The translations under genes and the position numbers were made by a program. Shown here one piece after another: positions 49,874-62,816 of a stretch of 64,000 nucleotides of DNA. This stretch comes from Amoebophrya sp. A120 (lineage: Eukaryota; Protista; Dinoflagellata). The notes beneath the pieces were generated by a model. It ran no database searches. It saw only the letters and a list, made by a program, of their open reading frames with translations, and was not told the DNA's origin. Position 1 is the first letter of the stretch. Every line of letters begins with the position of its first letter. The stretch is taken from contig CAJINV010000001.1 of the NCBI GenBank assembly GCA_905178155.1, positions 6,889,794 through 6,953,793 on the forward strand, in the 5' to 3' direction.

Positions 49874-52800
49874 CTAAACACAAGAATAGTTTACCTCGAG
49901 ATCCCGCGCTGAGCTTCCTCGCGGCGTTGCCGGTGGACTTGCTGCATCGCCGAGTTCCAGCATCCAGGTCCTGGGCATGCTATCAGGCAGGAGAGGCGAC
50001 GGCGCGGACGACGAGCACGCAGCAGGCGACCACACACTGGTAGGTGTTCTAGTTGATACCGTCGACGCCGGGCTGCGCAGTCTCTTCTGGGTTTCCCTGA
50101 AAGAACTGCTGCTTTGCTCCCCCTCCTCGGTCGTCGTCCTGTTCAAACCGTACATGCCACCCAATAGCGCTGAAAAATTTCCGAATTCTCCAGAAGAGGA
50201 ATGCGGCAACCCGGGACTGCTTATCTGTGGCGGCCTCTTGGAGGTACCACTTTCACCGCGTAGAGAAGGCTTCTCGCCTGCAGTTTCTGTTGTACCTGGC
50301 TCATTTGTGGTCCCTGCGACCAAAGCAGCGCCGCGCCGCGCTGCCTCTTCGAGTTCCTTGCGCTTTTGCGGTGGCAAGTATCTTCCTTTCGATGGAGACT
50401 GGAGCTGTGGTGCCGTCGGGGTTGCTTTCCCTTCTATCTGGTCCAGTCGCTGGTGCTGAACAACTCGCCACGGCATGAGGCCAAAGTCAGTGCCGTCGTC
50501 GACGGAATCCGCCGCGGTCGGTCCGGTCTCTACGGCGCCGGGGGAATAAGATCCCGCAACAGCCACGGAAAGAGGATTCTCTTCAGCGCTTTCGCTGTCC
50601 TGTTTGCTCCGCTCTGCCGTCATGTTCTCGTGCGCTTCGAGCAAGACGGGTGAGACACCCGAAAAAGCCGCGCTTGGGGCGGTGAGAAACCCACTTGTTG
50701 TTCCCTTTCGTTTCAGCTTTCTTCCCGCTCCTCGTGAGATTCCAGGTTTCGCCAGCGGCCTCCCAAACAGCAGGACACGATCTGGGTGGTCAAGCGCTAG
50801 CTTTGTCGTGGCGTCAACGTGCATCTGGAGCCACTCCGATTCGAAGTCCTCCTTTTCTGTTCGTGTAACTTGCGTTTCAAAAAACTGATGCGGCTCCAAA
50901 GGTTGGCAGAGACTGCAGGACGAGCTAGTCTTCTGTACTATTCGCTCTGCTGCTCCTGGTAAAACGCTTTTGGGAGAAACATCCCGGACGGTGAGGATAT
51001 CTGACCCCTCGAAGCTAGACTGCCGACTGAAAGCGAAACTACCGGCTGTCGGGGCGGACGGCAGCGCTGTAGAAGACTCCACTTCCAACCGGCCCGTGGA
51101 GCTACCAGCGGAACTGAAAGAACGTCCGCTTCCGCGGCGCCGTGGTACCACCACACCAGCGGAACAGTCCTCATTCAAATTTTCCTGTTCCTTCTTTACA
51201 GGCGAAAAAGCAACGACATCCCGTTTCAAAAAGACGGGAAGCGTGATTCCACCAGAGCTGGCTGCTTTGTTGTGCTCCTTCAGCAGTGGACTTCGTAACT
51301 GCAGCAGTGCTTGTTCCGCCGGAATTTCTGGCTTCATGTCCATGAAACGCTCCTCGCTACTGTCCGCACGACAGGCGTGTCGTCCTGCGGCAGATGGCTC
51401 AGGTGCGGGACAAAAGCTGACTTGAAAGTCTGAATTTTTCCGCGATCTCGACGGCTCCGACGCTCCTTCCGTGCACGACGCAGCCTGCTCGAGACCATCC
51501 TGCTCTTCGGGAAAGAACCAGGTTTCGCTCACGTTCCGCGACGGATAGCCCGCGCTTGTTGTTCCGGCAGCGCACGATGGGCAGTTCCGCGGCGCATGGT
51601 CCCGTTGCTTCTCCCGCATCACGTAGCGCTGAAACGAATTTCGCAAATTCGGAACGTGCTCGTTGGACAAGAATGGAACTGACCGCCAGTCGATACCCAA
51701 AATCACTTTCCCAACTCGTATGTTGCCGTCGCGATCGCTATCGCTGCTGTCCCCCGTGGGGGGCGGCCGCTCGACCAAACCAATGTAGGGAAAGTATTTT
51801 GCGTATTTTGTGAAATCGATTGAGCCAGCACGACTTGGTGTCGTACGGAGGTCACTGACAGATTGATCTGCACCTACTTCTGCAGCTTCCGCACTGCTTC
51901 TCGCAAATTCCTCGAAGGTCGGCAAGCTCTGCTGCGCACGCTGGGCATTCAACTCGTCAAAGATGGTTTTGATGTCTCTTTCCTGAATTGCTTTTTCCAG
52001 CCTTTTCACCAAAAGCGCTCCGGAAGCAACCGACGCCGCCACCAAAGCTACTTCGTCCCAAATGAGCTGAAGTCCGCTAATCAGAAACCTGGGGAAGAAC
52101 AAGCCGTGGTGTTTCACGTGCCTGGCTGGACTGGTTTTCAGGACCGAAACCGCTCGGTTGAAAAGATCCTCCTGTTTGGGGTTCGCCTGCTTGGTGCGCC
52201 GCAGAAACTCGTAAAACTTGCCGTACACGTGGGGTAGCACCGATGTGACCCACTTGCGGTTTTTGTGGAGGTGGGACAAAGGCTTCTTGTCGTACAAAAT
52301 ACCTCCGATCACGTCGCCCGTGGCTGCGTCGTGCACAATCAACTCCGGGCTCTTCGTGTTCTCCCACTCATCGCGTTTTCCCAGCGTCCGCCCGGTTTCC
52401 GCGATCTCCCTCTTCAAACTCTTTTCCATCGGCTGTCCCGAAGACCGCTTGTGCTTCTGTGAGGACCAATTGCTGTGAAAACCACTTCCGCTCGTCCCTT
52501 TGGGGGAAGACGGTCCGTCGCCGGCAAGCTCTTCAAATTCCGCGTTCGTTCTTGCTGCCGCCGCTGTTTGGGAGTTCTCACCATGGCCCTCCTCCTCGTC
52601 GGTGCTCTCTCGTGGAGAGAGCGGCAAAGCCCAGCGACGGTGCAGCGCATGGTCGGGATCTTCCTCGTCGTGGACGAAAAACTCTTCCGACGACACGTTT
52701 TCCGCCAATTTCACCCAAAGCCACTCCCACTGCGCACTCTTCGAACCCAAGTCCGACAGTGTCTTCGTGACCCAGGGCGGGGAATCATCGGTAGACACCG

Positions 52801-52990
52801 AAGGTCGAATAGGACGGGGCGTCTTTGGTTGAACTCCTATCGTCTTTTCAGGGGACTGGGCGCCGGGTCGTAGCTGTGGATCTTGTATCTTCAAAGAAAC
52901 AGGCTTTTCTGCCTGCGCGCGCCGCCGCGCGATCGTGCCGGACGACAGCAGCGCCAGGTTGTAAAAGAGAAAATTGTAGAGACGTGACAT
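49874..52990 (-). CDS. Hypothetical ~1040-aa protein with signal-peptide-like N-terminus
   Basis: Single long ORF (to 53017; AAAATG-context start at 52990); no family recognised. Confidence 0.65.
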   Translation of the reverse strand: MSRLYNFLFYNLALLSSGTIARRRAQAEKPVSLKIQDPQLRPGAQSPEKTIGVQPKTPRPIRPSVSTDDSPPWVTKTLSDLGSKSAQWEWLWVKLAENVSSEEFFVHDEEDPDHALHRRWALPLSPRESTDEEEGHGENSQTAAAARTNAEFEELAGDGPSSPKGTSGSGFHSNWSSQKHKRSSGQPMEKSLKREIAETGRTLGKRDEWENTKSPELIVHDAATGDVIGGILYDKKPLSHLHKNRKWVTSVLPHVYGKFYEFLRRTKQANPKQEDLFNRAVSVLKTSPARHVKHHGLFFPRFLISGLQLIWDEVALVAASVASGALLVKRLEKAIQERDIKTIFDELNAQRAQQSLPTFEEFARSSAEAAEVGADQSVSDLRTTPSRAGSIDFTKYAKYFPYIGLVERPPPTGDSSDSDRDGNIRVGKVILGIDWRSVPFLSNEHVPNLRNSFQRYVMREKQRDHAPRNCPSCAAGTTSAGYPSRNVSETWFFPEEQDGLEQAASCTEGASEPSRSRKNSDFQVSFCPAPEPSAAGRHACRADSSEERFMDMKPEIPAEQALLQLRSPLLKEHNKAASSGGITLPVFLKRDVVAFSPVKKEQENLNEDCSAGVVVPRRRGSGRSFSSAGSSTGRLEVESSTALPSAPTAGSFAFSRQSSFEGSDILTVRDVSPKSVLPGAAERIVQKTSSSCSLCQPLEPHQFFETQVTRTEKEDFESEWLQMHVDATTKLALDHPDRVLLFGRPLAKPGISRGAGRKLKRKGTTSGFLTAPSAAFSGVSPVLLEAHENMTAERSKQDSESAEENPLSVAVAGSYSPGAVETGPTAADSVDDGTDFGLMPWRVVQHQRLDQIEGKATPTAPQLQSPSKGRYLPPQKRKELEEAARRGAALVAGTTNEPGTTETAGEKPSLRGESGTSKRPPQISSPGLPHSSSGEFGNFSALLGGMYGLNRTTTEEGEQSSSSFRETQKRLRSPASTVSTRTPTSVWSPAACSSSAPSPLLPDSMPRTWMLELGDAASPPATPRGSSARDLEVNYSCV

Positions 52991-53945
52991 TTTCGTCCAT
53001 GTTCTTGATTTCATCATGCCCGGGTCGCCATAAACTGTTCTGACAAGGCAAGTAGCTGTTGGCTTTCGTCAAAGCAGAAATACGCCGGTGGGCCCCGCAT
53101 CATGATCATGTTATCTTTGATCTTTAATAATGCAATTGTCAAAAAGAGTCAACCTCCTTATTTTGCTTCACTTTTCCAAACCAGATAAGTATGGTGCCTC
53201 GAACGTATCTATCCCGAGAACTACTTTTTAACGTCTATCTAACCAAAACTACTTTTCACGATGAGACTTCATCATCCTATACACATTTGTCATGCTTTTC
53301 TCGCAGTTTTCAATCGATGACATCTGCTGCAAAAAGAATATTGATATCGGGATTGTAACTTTCAGTGCATTTAATTCTTAGTTTGCAAAATCAAAATCTG
53401 GAAACTACACACAAAAAATTTCTAGCTAATGCTAATGTCGTCCGCACGCTGAAATTGTCCGTGAATTCGCGGTGCGCGAGCGCAGCGGTGCGGTTTGTAT
53501 CAAAAAGGAAGGCGATGATCCCAAAAACAAACTTTTCAAAGCACATATGAAAGAAACTTTGATCCAATGTTGTAGACTTGCTTCTTATGAACATCAGTTT
53601 GCATCTTTGTTGAGCCATGAAGTACACCACGGCTGGTCCTGGTCGTCGAGCCAGAAACCTTAAAAATAGGTAGTGAGTTTCGACTTGTTCTTCTCTTCAC
53701 ATTTGGCCAAAGTCGTCATTTTGGATGCGATTTGCAAGAGCAGCTCCCTGTAGTACACAGTAGCACAAAAAACTTGTACCGCTGAGCTGCATCACAAATC
53801 TCAAAACTCCATAGTTCTAGTTGAATCATAACTTTATAAATTTGTTGCGGCTCCTTTCATCAGATCGACAAGGCTCTTCACTGCAGAGCGCGATCGCGCG
53901 GGCACAAAATAAGTAAGTAGACGTAGCTCGCTCACACACCGTAGC

Positions 53946-54614
53946 TTACGTCGGCGGTGGAAACCGTCCCCCGCCCGCGGTAAAGTAGAAACTCCAGATT
54001 CCGCCGTCGAGCACGGTGCAGTGTGCGGCGAACATGATACTCCCTACCAGACCGAGGTTCCGCACCAGATCACTGGCCTTCGGGTTTGGGTGCGGGATCT
54101 TGAACAGACACACGGCCACGAAGATACTGGCGAGTGCGGATACCTTCAGCTGCCAGAAAATCACCCACCAGAGTGCGGAGGTTGGGTTCCCGATGTACAC
54201 CGCACACAACGGCATCCACATGTGCTCGGTGATCATGAACACCAGCATGGACCCGCAGAGGCGGTAGTAGAGGTCCCGCGGCATGGTTCGGTGTACCCGG
54301 AAGACGTAGTTGATGTTGAGCAAGTACCCGACCGTTGCGACCACGAAGCCGCAGTAGTAGACAGCCAGCAAGCCTTTGTTATCGTCGTCGTAGATGGCTC
54401 CCCAAAGATTGAACGCGCCCGTTTGCTTCGGATTCACGATGTTCCCGAGCGGGTAGGTTTTGTTGAGGTACACACCGACTGTGACGTAATTGACCAAAAT
54501 CAAGGCGCCGAGAATAACGTAGGAGACTAGGAAAGGCAAAGAACTGTTTTCCTCCTTGATGTCCTCATCGGAACGCGGGCCCGCGTTCTGCGAAAGGAGG
54601 GGCTCGTTCGACAT
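53946..54614 (-). CDS. Hypothetical 5-TM membrane protein
   Basis: 222-aa ORF, GC3-rich codons, five hydrophobic segments. Confidence 0.75.
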   Translation of the reverse strand: MSNEPLLSQNAGPRSDEDIKEENSSLPFLVSYVILGALILVNYVTVGVYLNKTYPLGNIVNPKQTGAFNLWGAIYDDDNKGLLAVYYCGFVVATVGYLLNINYVFRVHRTMPRDLYYRLCGSMLVFMITEHMWMPLCAVYIGNPTSALWWVIFWQLKVSALASIFVAVCLFKIPHPNPKASDLVRNLGLVGSIMFAAHCTVLDGGIWSFYFTAGGGRFPPPT

Positions 54615-55576
54615 GATGATGATGGTATTCCTATATGTTACAAATTGTTTTGTTTGACACTGGTAAAAGAAAGTTCCAGTTGAAACTGTTATATCTGTCT
54701 TGCGCTAGCAGAACTTCACTTCTGGAACGTGTGACCAGACAGAAATGAAACCGAAAAGTCGAGCGTTGAGTCGTTTTGCTTTCGACTTCTTCAAAAAAAA
54801 CACTACCACTTCGATCCTACAGTACTTTCTGAAAATCGGATACTTATAAACAAATCGTGTGCGACAAAGAACTACACGTGCTAGAACTCTACCTTTAAGA
54901 ATAAACGTATGTCAGGGGGACACGAAAATTCCAGTCGATAATGCGCGAGGATCCCCTGCGATTTTCATTTTTAGAGCATTCTCATAATATGCCCTTCTTC
55001 ACTGAAGTTCCATGTGCACACGTTTTTTTAAATTCGAAAAAAGGACTCTCGGGGACGAGGCGACGTCTTACTCAATCGAATCTCGTTTTTGGTGCGTACC
55101 GATCCATCTTTTTACGTCGAGGTTGTACAGGTTGTAGACAGTAGTGCTAGAAAACCGACAAGAAAAATGCCTTGCTCAGGCAGCGACTGCTAGTGCACTC
55201 TTGTTGCGTGAACTATGGAATCTTCACGAGCTCGATTGACCTTTACGGATATTCCTCTTTGCGCTTTGGTTCTTACCAGGTTATGTACATCAAAGAACTT
55301 GTGAAGCATACAAACGCGCGACATAGTTACTTTGCTGTTGTTTGCTCCTCCATGGTACGTTTTTTCCTGCATTGAAAGGAATGCTTTGGTTTGTTTTTTT
55401 TTTCGACGCACTAGAAAAAGTAGATTCTTGTGCGGGAAAAGAAAAAAGTAGACAGACGATCTCACCTCGATAACGCCAAGAAATCCCTTCCGCGAGGAAA
55501 GGGAAATTACTCACTGAGGAAGTCCGCAAGCAGCGTCGAATGGAGGATGGAGGTGCGCGTCCGTCTCCCGTGCTGC

Positions 55577-57939
55577 TTACTCCTCTTCCAACCCGACGAG
55601 CTGTGGAAAAATCCAGTCTACATCTTCGTTGTGGGCCCAATAATTTGGTAGAAGAATGGACAGCGGTACGTCAAACAGCATGCCAGCCATGACGCCCCAT
55701 GCTACACCGCCGAACGGGATAAACACACCCTGGAAGCCAAGGATGTTGGCCATGGCGTCTGGGCGGGCGAGGAATTGCCTGCAAGATTTGAAAACAATGT
55801 GAATGTCTGCTTTTTCCGTAGAGCAGAGGTCTTCATTTTGCATGAACACGGCGGTGCGTGGGACATTCACCAAGCAGAAAAAATTATACTTACCCTAGTG
55901 CTCCGCCGTAAATAGAGAATGTGTCCACACGATTCGCCCACTTGGACGCTGCTATCGCCTTTGCGCGCTCCTGCCTAGCTGCTGCGTCTGACTTCGCGCA
56001 TATTGACAGTCCGTATGCTGGGCCCAGAAGAAGGCCGCCAACCGCCCCATAATCTCGCATGCGCGTGGTAACATCATGAAAAAATAATTCTTTGTTGAGA
56101 AGCTTCCCGCGGCGAAAACCTTTTTTCGAATATTAACCGTGTGAAAGTCAGTGACTTTCATGTGACTTTTGAAATCTTCTGGAGTGTGCTTCCTCTTGCA
56201 ATAATTTGTGACTCAACAAAAAATACTCAGGACGGCGCCAGCAAGCATTCCAGCGGAGAGTCCGATTTGCAGGCCCTTAGTCGCAGCGTGTGCGGTAATG
56301 AGCAGACCCGGCATCCGCAGATCCGGGTCATCCCCTGGCTCACTTGTCAGGTAGCCTAACCAATACCACGCCATTGCTTCGCGTCAGTCTATCGCGGGCT
56401 TGGAATCGGCGATAAAGAGCTCCGAAAGCCGCTACCGGTGAGGGGGAGATGTGCGGCCGGCGCGTCCGCGCATTTTCTTCTTCTAAAGATTAAGAATTTG
56501 TGAACCTGCTAACCGTTTCGAAGATCTTCAACAGTACTTGCTATGCATCGCCGCTCAATCAAGGCGTCCCGCAAGTTTCGGCCTTCAGCTGTACCGATTT
56601 CAATATCGGGTACGGGTCCTCAAAAAACGCGCTCCTCCTCTCTTTTTCCTTGGAGCACATTGAACAATGAACGTAAACTGCTTTCCCCAAGGAGCGATTT
56701 TTCGCTGTGAACTCCCATATTGTTGCGCTGTACGTACTTGAACTCAAACTCTACAAGAAAGGGGCGGGGGGAGTACAAAAGGCGGTTTGTTTTTTCTTCA
56801 CGGCGGAGCTCCACGCCATGGTTACGGAAAATTAATGCTGGTGCGCAGACAAGCAGCATAGCTTAGTCTTTGTTTGTGACGTGCTTCACAATCACATCCA
56901 CATCCTCCGACTGCGACACATACACCGGCCAGAAGATACCTGGAGTGAGGTTTCCGTTTTTTCTACAAAAGGTTTGGACTCGGGTTTCCGAAAGGAATCG
57001 TGGATCACACACTTAGATCATTGAAGAAGATGAAAACAACAAGGCAACTCATCAAACCCAAGTACAGAGGGGCAGGTCAAAGCAGACTCCGGCAAAAGCA
57101 CCCCATACGGTGCCGGCGTGCGGAACCACTTGTCTCTTGCTCATGCCGAGAAGGTTCGTCCATATCCTTGGCTCGTTGAAGAAAATTCTGTGGTGGTTTG
57201 ACAGGAAATATAAATGTGGAGCCAGTCAAGACTGTCGAACCCAGGTGGAAAGGCAGTGGCAGGAGCACTGACATACTTACTCCGTGAGCAGTGAACAAAG
57301 AATAATTTTACCTTCCCCCGATGGCGCCAGCTATCATAATCGCGTCCAGGCGATTATGCCATGTTGATTTTTCGACATCGAAGGCCCGCTCTTTCAAAAC
57401 GTCAAGATTTACTTGCGCCTGTGATTACATAATGCCAAAATATTTTTTGGCACCAATCAACATGCTCGAGTCGATGTCTGTGAAGAAACTTCGGCCCCCG
57501 CTAGTTTCCCTACTTAGTGACCACATCCAATCACATACGCAAGAAGTAGAGAACGCAAAACTACAAAGATCGATATACATTGTCCGTGATGTTGCGCACA
57601 GCTGCGTAGGGAAGACCGAGCTTTGCACCGAACTTGAGATATCGTGTGATGTCGTGCATCACGCTTTGGTAAGTGCACCCACGCTTGCTCATACCTGAAA
57701 ATGGTCATAGTAATTACGACCGAAACAGGCTCCTGAAAGAGTAAAGCTCGAGTCCTATGCAAAGGCAGCAAATAAACTATACATACGCACTGACTCATTA
57801 TACCAACAAGCAGCCCACCCGCGAAGCCCCCTATCATACCCAGCTGTGTCCCCTTCAGAAACCAATGCATGTTCATAATTGAAATCGGCCACAGCACCTC
57901 CTCCGCGGAGGGATCTCGCCACCAGTAGTACAGCACCAT
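55577..57939 (-). CDS. Small Gly-rich membrane protein, multi-exon (possibly DUF1757-like); paralog B
   Basis: MVLYY...KGTQLGMIGG; ERAFDVEKSTWHNRLD (~57350); last exon AGMLFDVP...YWAHNEDVD; matches 58639-60025. Confidence 0.55.
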
Positions 57940-58638
57940 CTTGCTCCCACTCTGTAAATCGCTCCCAAGACTACACGGTAGAACAGCCGGTATGTTTTCC
58001 GTGAAACAAGTAGCTTTCCGCGGTGCCGAAGCTCCTGCTGCGCTGCTGCTCCGTTACCGTTACCGCGCCACCATACCAGCACCTACGCGTCCAGCACGGC
58101 TTTCCTGTGAGAAGACGAAGACCCGGCGCCTCAACAAACTTGTCGCCGATGCCCGGACGATTCAATCGCCCACCCGACTCGCCGAGTCACCATCAAACAA
58201 CTGAAAAATGAGATTCCAAATGCGATGTTCGGTAGAAAGCGATAAAAAAAACTTTCAAGAAATCAAACCCACACACTCCTTTTGGAAATCCCCTCACAGT
58301 GCCGCTCATTCGTCGTCGCGGTTTCTTTCCGTCGCCTCACTCGAAAAAAGGTTGGTACAAAATCGCACAACACGAAACAGTGGAGAACAGAATCCCCGAA
58401 AGATGAAAATATCGGTGCTCATACATGAGGCGGTACTGCGCAGCTATTTACGTAAAGAACTTTAAAATTTCTGTACAACGCCAGCGCGAGTAAACATTCA
58501 TCACGTGTCAGTGCGACTCTCGTCGACCATGTATCAAAGTAATCAGATTCGTTTGTAATTCCTGTGTTGTTCACACATTTTCGTTGTTGGCGAGAGGACT
58601 TCCAAAGCCACGACTAAGCGCATTGCGGCCCCTCATTT

Positions 58639-60025
58639 TCATTCATCATCGTCCCCGCCAACCATGGATACGTCGATGTCGTCTACATGCGCGTAATACA
58701 GGACCCCTGTTTATCAAATGTAAAAATGTCTGGGTCTGGAAACTTGTGATGCTGTGCGGCGTATCATGAGGAGGCCACAATTGCTGGCTCAGCATGACAA
58801 GTTTCTGAGCTTCTAGGTGTTGCCTATTCTGCATGAGAAACTACGTTTCTGCATGACAGAAAAGTGGGGCTCTTTGGTAATGTGCATGACAGATTTAAGA
58901 GTCATGCCAGACAAGCATGACAAACTTGCATTCTTCCAGGCCCAGACATTTTTACATTTGATACTGTTAGAACTGCTGGGAAGTCGAAGCAAAGCCCGCC
59001 GAAACCACACCATAGGATGCAACCTGGGAATCACAGTTCAGGATCATGTCGCACATAAGTTAGTAAGTACTTGAGTTAGGCGGGAAAAAATCGATACAAA
59101 TTTGACAAGAACGCACGTCGCACGTGAACAATACGCAAAAACCTCACCTGCTCTCCCCAGTGCCTCGGCCCCCATGAACTCCAGGAACCCCGTCCTATCA
59201 AGAGGAAATATCCCCCCTCCCCATATCAAAACGAAACTTCTGATGCTGGATTTGTGTACACAAATACGCTTTGTATTGCAGGAAGGCATCGCCGCCAGAT
59301 CCTCAGCCTAGCTAGGGGCGTTTGGGTCTAGTTGTTCAGCATTGCAAACGGCTTCCCTTTAGGCCCACTAGCATGACAAAGCGCTTCCATAATGGGACGG
59401 AGGCTACTGCTCTTGTCTTCTTGCAAGACAGATGTGGTTTGTGACCACAAATCAGCAACACAAATTTTCGGAAACATACCGTTTCAATATGGGGAGGGGG
59501 GATTTTTCCTCTCAATACGTCCAGACGGTTGTTGGCGCTACTGCGAATCCGGCGGCAAGACCGCCCAAGGTGAATAGGTCGAGCCTATTGTGCCAGCAGC
59601 TTTTTTGAATCTTAAACGCGGCCTTCTGCTTCCCCTCCCTCTCCAAATGGCTGTAGGCATATGCGCTGTAGGGAAACCTAGTTAGTAGCATTTGCAGGGA
59701 GGATGAAATAAAAGCGTCTGTTTATTGTCAAACGAACTCCACACTGTGCTCCCGTTGCTCATCCTCCATCAACGAAGAACACTTGTTCTTATCCTTACCC
59801 TGAAGCGAGCCCCGCACCAGCCGTAACGCCCATACACCTTGTTGTGTCTATTAACATCGTGCCTCGCGAGAAGCCGGGTCGAAGAAACCCAAGCAGTGCG
59901 CCCAGACCGCATCCAACCATCATACCGCCCTGCAGATTCTTAAACGTGTGGTGCAAGCCTAGAAACAACCCGGGAAACCGTACATCTGCTGGCTCCTTGG
60001 TGGCGCCCAAATAATAGAGCACCAT
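58639..60025 (-). CDS. Small Gly-rich membrane protein, multi-exon; paralog A; contains E6
   Basis: MVLYY...KNLQGGMMVG; AAFKIQKSCWHNRLD (~59590); last exon after E6 excision GGLCFDFPAVLT|GVLYYAHVDDIDV. Confidence 0.55.
58712..58963. mobile_element. TIR element / introner E6 (252 bp), TSD CTGTT
   Basis: TATCAAATGTAAAAATGTCTGGGTCTGGAA...TTCCAGGCCCAGACATTTTTACATTTGATA; CTGTT at 58707-58711 and 58964-58968. Confidence 0.95.
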
Positions 60026-61946
60026 GGTGGTACTCGTGTGCTGTTTTTGTGCGATGCGCAGCGGTGCAACTGTGGTTTCACACCGACTACAGCACGAAAC
60101 ATAATGTTTGCGGCCCCATTGTGAAGTAGGTCTGGATACTAGTCATCGAAATCGAAGCTGCCACCAAAATACAGAATCCCGTGTATTCAAAGTATCATGG
60201 ATCCTCAAGTGTCGCTCGTTCAGCCGTGCGGCCAGCCTCGGCAGTATAATCTCCCGGGAGAGGACCCTCTCTCTGCTTTTGCATTTGTGACAATGCGAAC
60301 TACATCAAGATCTACTTTCACGAACTAAGCACTCACTTTCACCTTTTCTAGCAGGAACACGCTTTCGCCCTTAACATAACAAGCGACGCGGCGCCGTCAG
60401 TCGTCCTCCTGGTCTGTTTCTGTATTCCCATACTCAACGCAGCAACTGTTGTCAGACACAAACTTGAATTCCAAGGGGTTTTGTGCGAGGTCAGTAAGCT
60501 AGGCAGGGTCCTCTCAACACTGATTTGCAACGCACAATCTGTAACGCAATGCGATCCGTTCCATCGTATCGTCGTGGTAGCAGCTTTTTGGGAGTTGTTA
60601 CGTCTCGTCGTGCCTTCCTGCTCTGCAACCTGAAACAATGTGTATAATACTTTGCATTTCATGTTCGTACTCGTGCGAATCTCTGTTTGCGACAGCGATC
60701 ATATAGAGAATCTTCATGCGTAGTAAAAACAAGATTCGAAATTAATACCATTCTCGCATCACAAGAAGCCCGTTCGTTCCTGACTGTGTCGTTATCGTTA
60801 ACCACTCGTGAATCACAAAACGTCAAAATCGTCTGTAGCTCCTGACAGCTGGTGCGGTCGAGAGAGAGAACTTTTGAAAAACTTCTGTTCCTTGACCTCA
60901 GGGTAATGGTCGAGAATGGTTTCTTGCTTCAGCATCACCTTTTTTCCGGTCTGCAGGATTCCACTGCGAACGGATCGCATTGCGTGTCTGGGACCAAAAT
61001 ATTGAAAGCCGGAGAGACTACGGCAGAAACACTTTGTGGCACATCATCTTAGCTTCTCCCTATCTGTCGAGGTAGAGTAGACGAGGCTCATAGAGTTAAT
61101 AGAGTCGTAGACCATATAGGGAAAAGCCACTTTTCGACATTGGAGCGCTTTTTTTCGCTCCGTTTCACGCTTGAAACACAACGTAAAACGAGTAGTAGGT
61201 TCCTAGAGTAAACTCGGGCTACCGAAACTTTTCCTGTGTCAGACCATACCAAGTTTAGCGAAAGCCTGGGCAATAGTCATCAAGAAAAACGAAAAGTCAG
61301 CCAACAAGCGAAACGAAAAAGCAACGGCTCTCCAAGCGCAAGCACTATACGGTAAACCGAAAAAAATGAAATTTCTTTAAACTTCCCCATGTTCATAAAG
61401 GTAAAGCAGACAACAGATAGAAAGCTAGCAATCGCCGCCGGAGAGCAAAAGGTCCTCGTGCCTACAGACTGTCCTGCCTCGGATTGATTGATGAGGACTC
61501 AATTTAGGTAGCTCCATTGAGATTTTCTCATTTTTTTCAGGGCGGGGAAGCTCAAGTTCTAGGAGTTCATCGTGACAGACCGATGACACGTTCATCGAAA
61601 AGGATCTCTGCCTGTTCATAAATTTGGGTCTGACATACAGAGTTGCTGAGTGTTAGTGTTTTTCTGAGACTAGAGCATGATAATGCTTTAACACGTGCAA
61701 AAATCCCTTCAAAAGAAAGTGAAGAAATCTTACACCCGTCGAGCACCATCACCCGTATAGAAGTTCGAGAGTTCTTCTTCACATTCTACCATTCCATTCC
61801 TGGGAGTAGAACAGGTCGCTTTAGAGTTTGTTAGTGTTAGACTTAAAACGAGTTACATTTGCATTGATAAAAGTTGGTGTTGTGCGATAAAGAAATAAAG
61901 CACTGGTGGCTCTTTATTTCCCAACGTCCTAGTAGTTCACACACGA

Positions 61947-62816
<870 letters not shown>

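Noticed and set aside
56142-56160. Perfect 9-bp inverted repeat TGAAAGTCA-G-TGACTTTCA
   Set aside because: Isolated, 1-nt loop, no second copy seen; compatible with chance
24455-58963. ~30-bp repeats as a CRISPR array
   Set aside because: Dispersed inverted pairs with TSDs, not a direct repeat-spacer array; no cas genes; eukaryotic context
24375-59074. Recurring peptides IKCKNVWVWK / FQTQTFLHLI / PDPDIF in many ORFs, suggesting a repeated protein motif
   Set aside because: They are translations of the introner TIR in different frames
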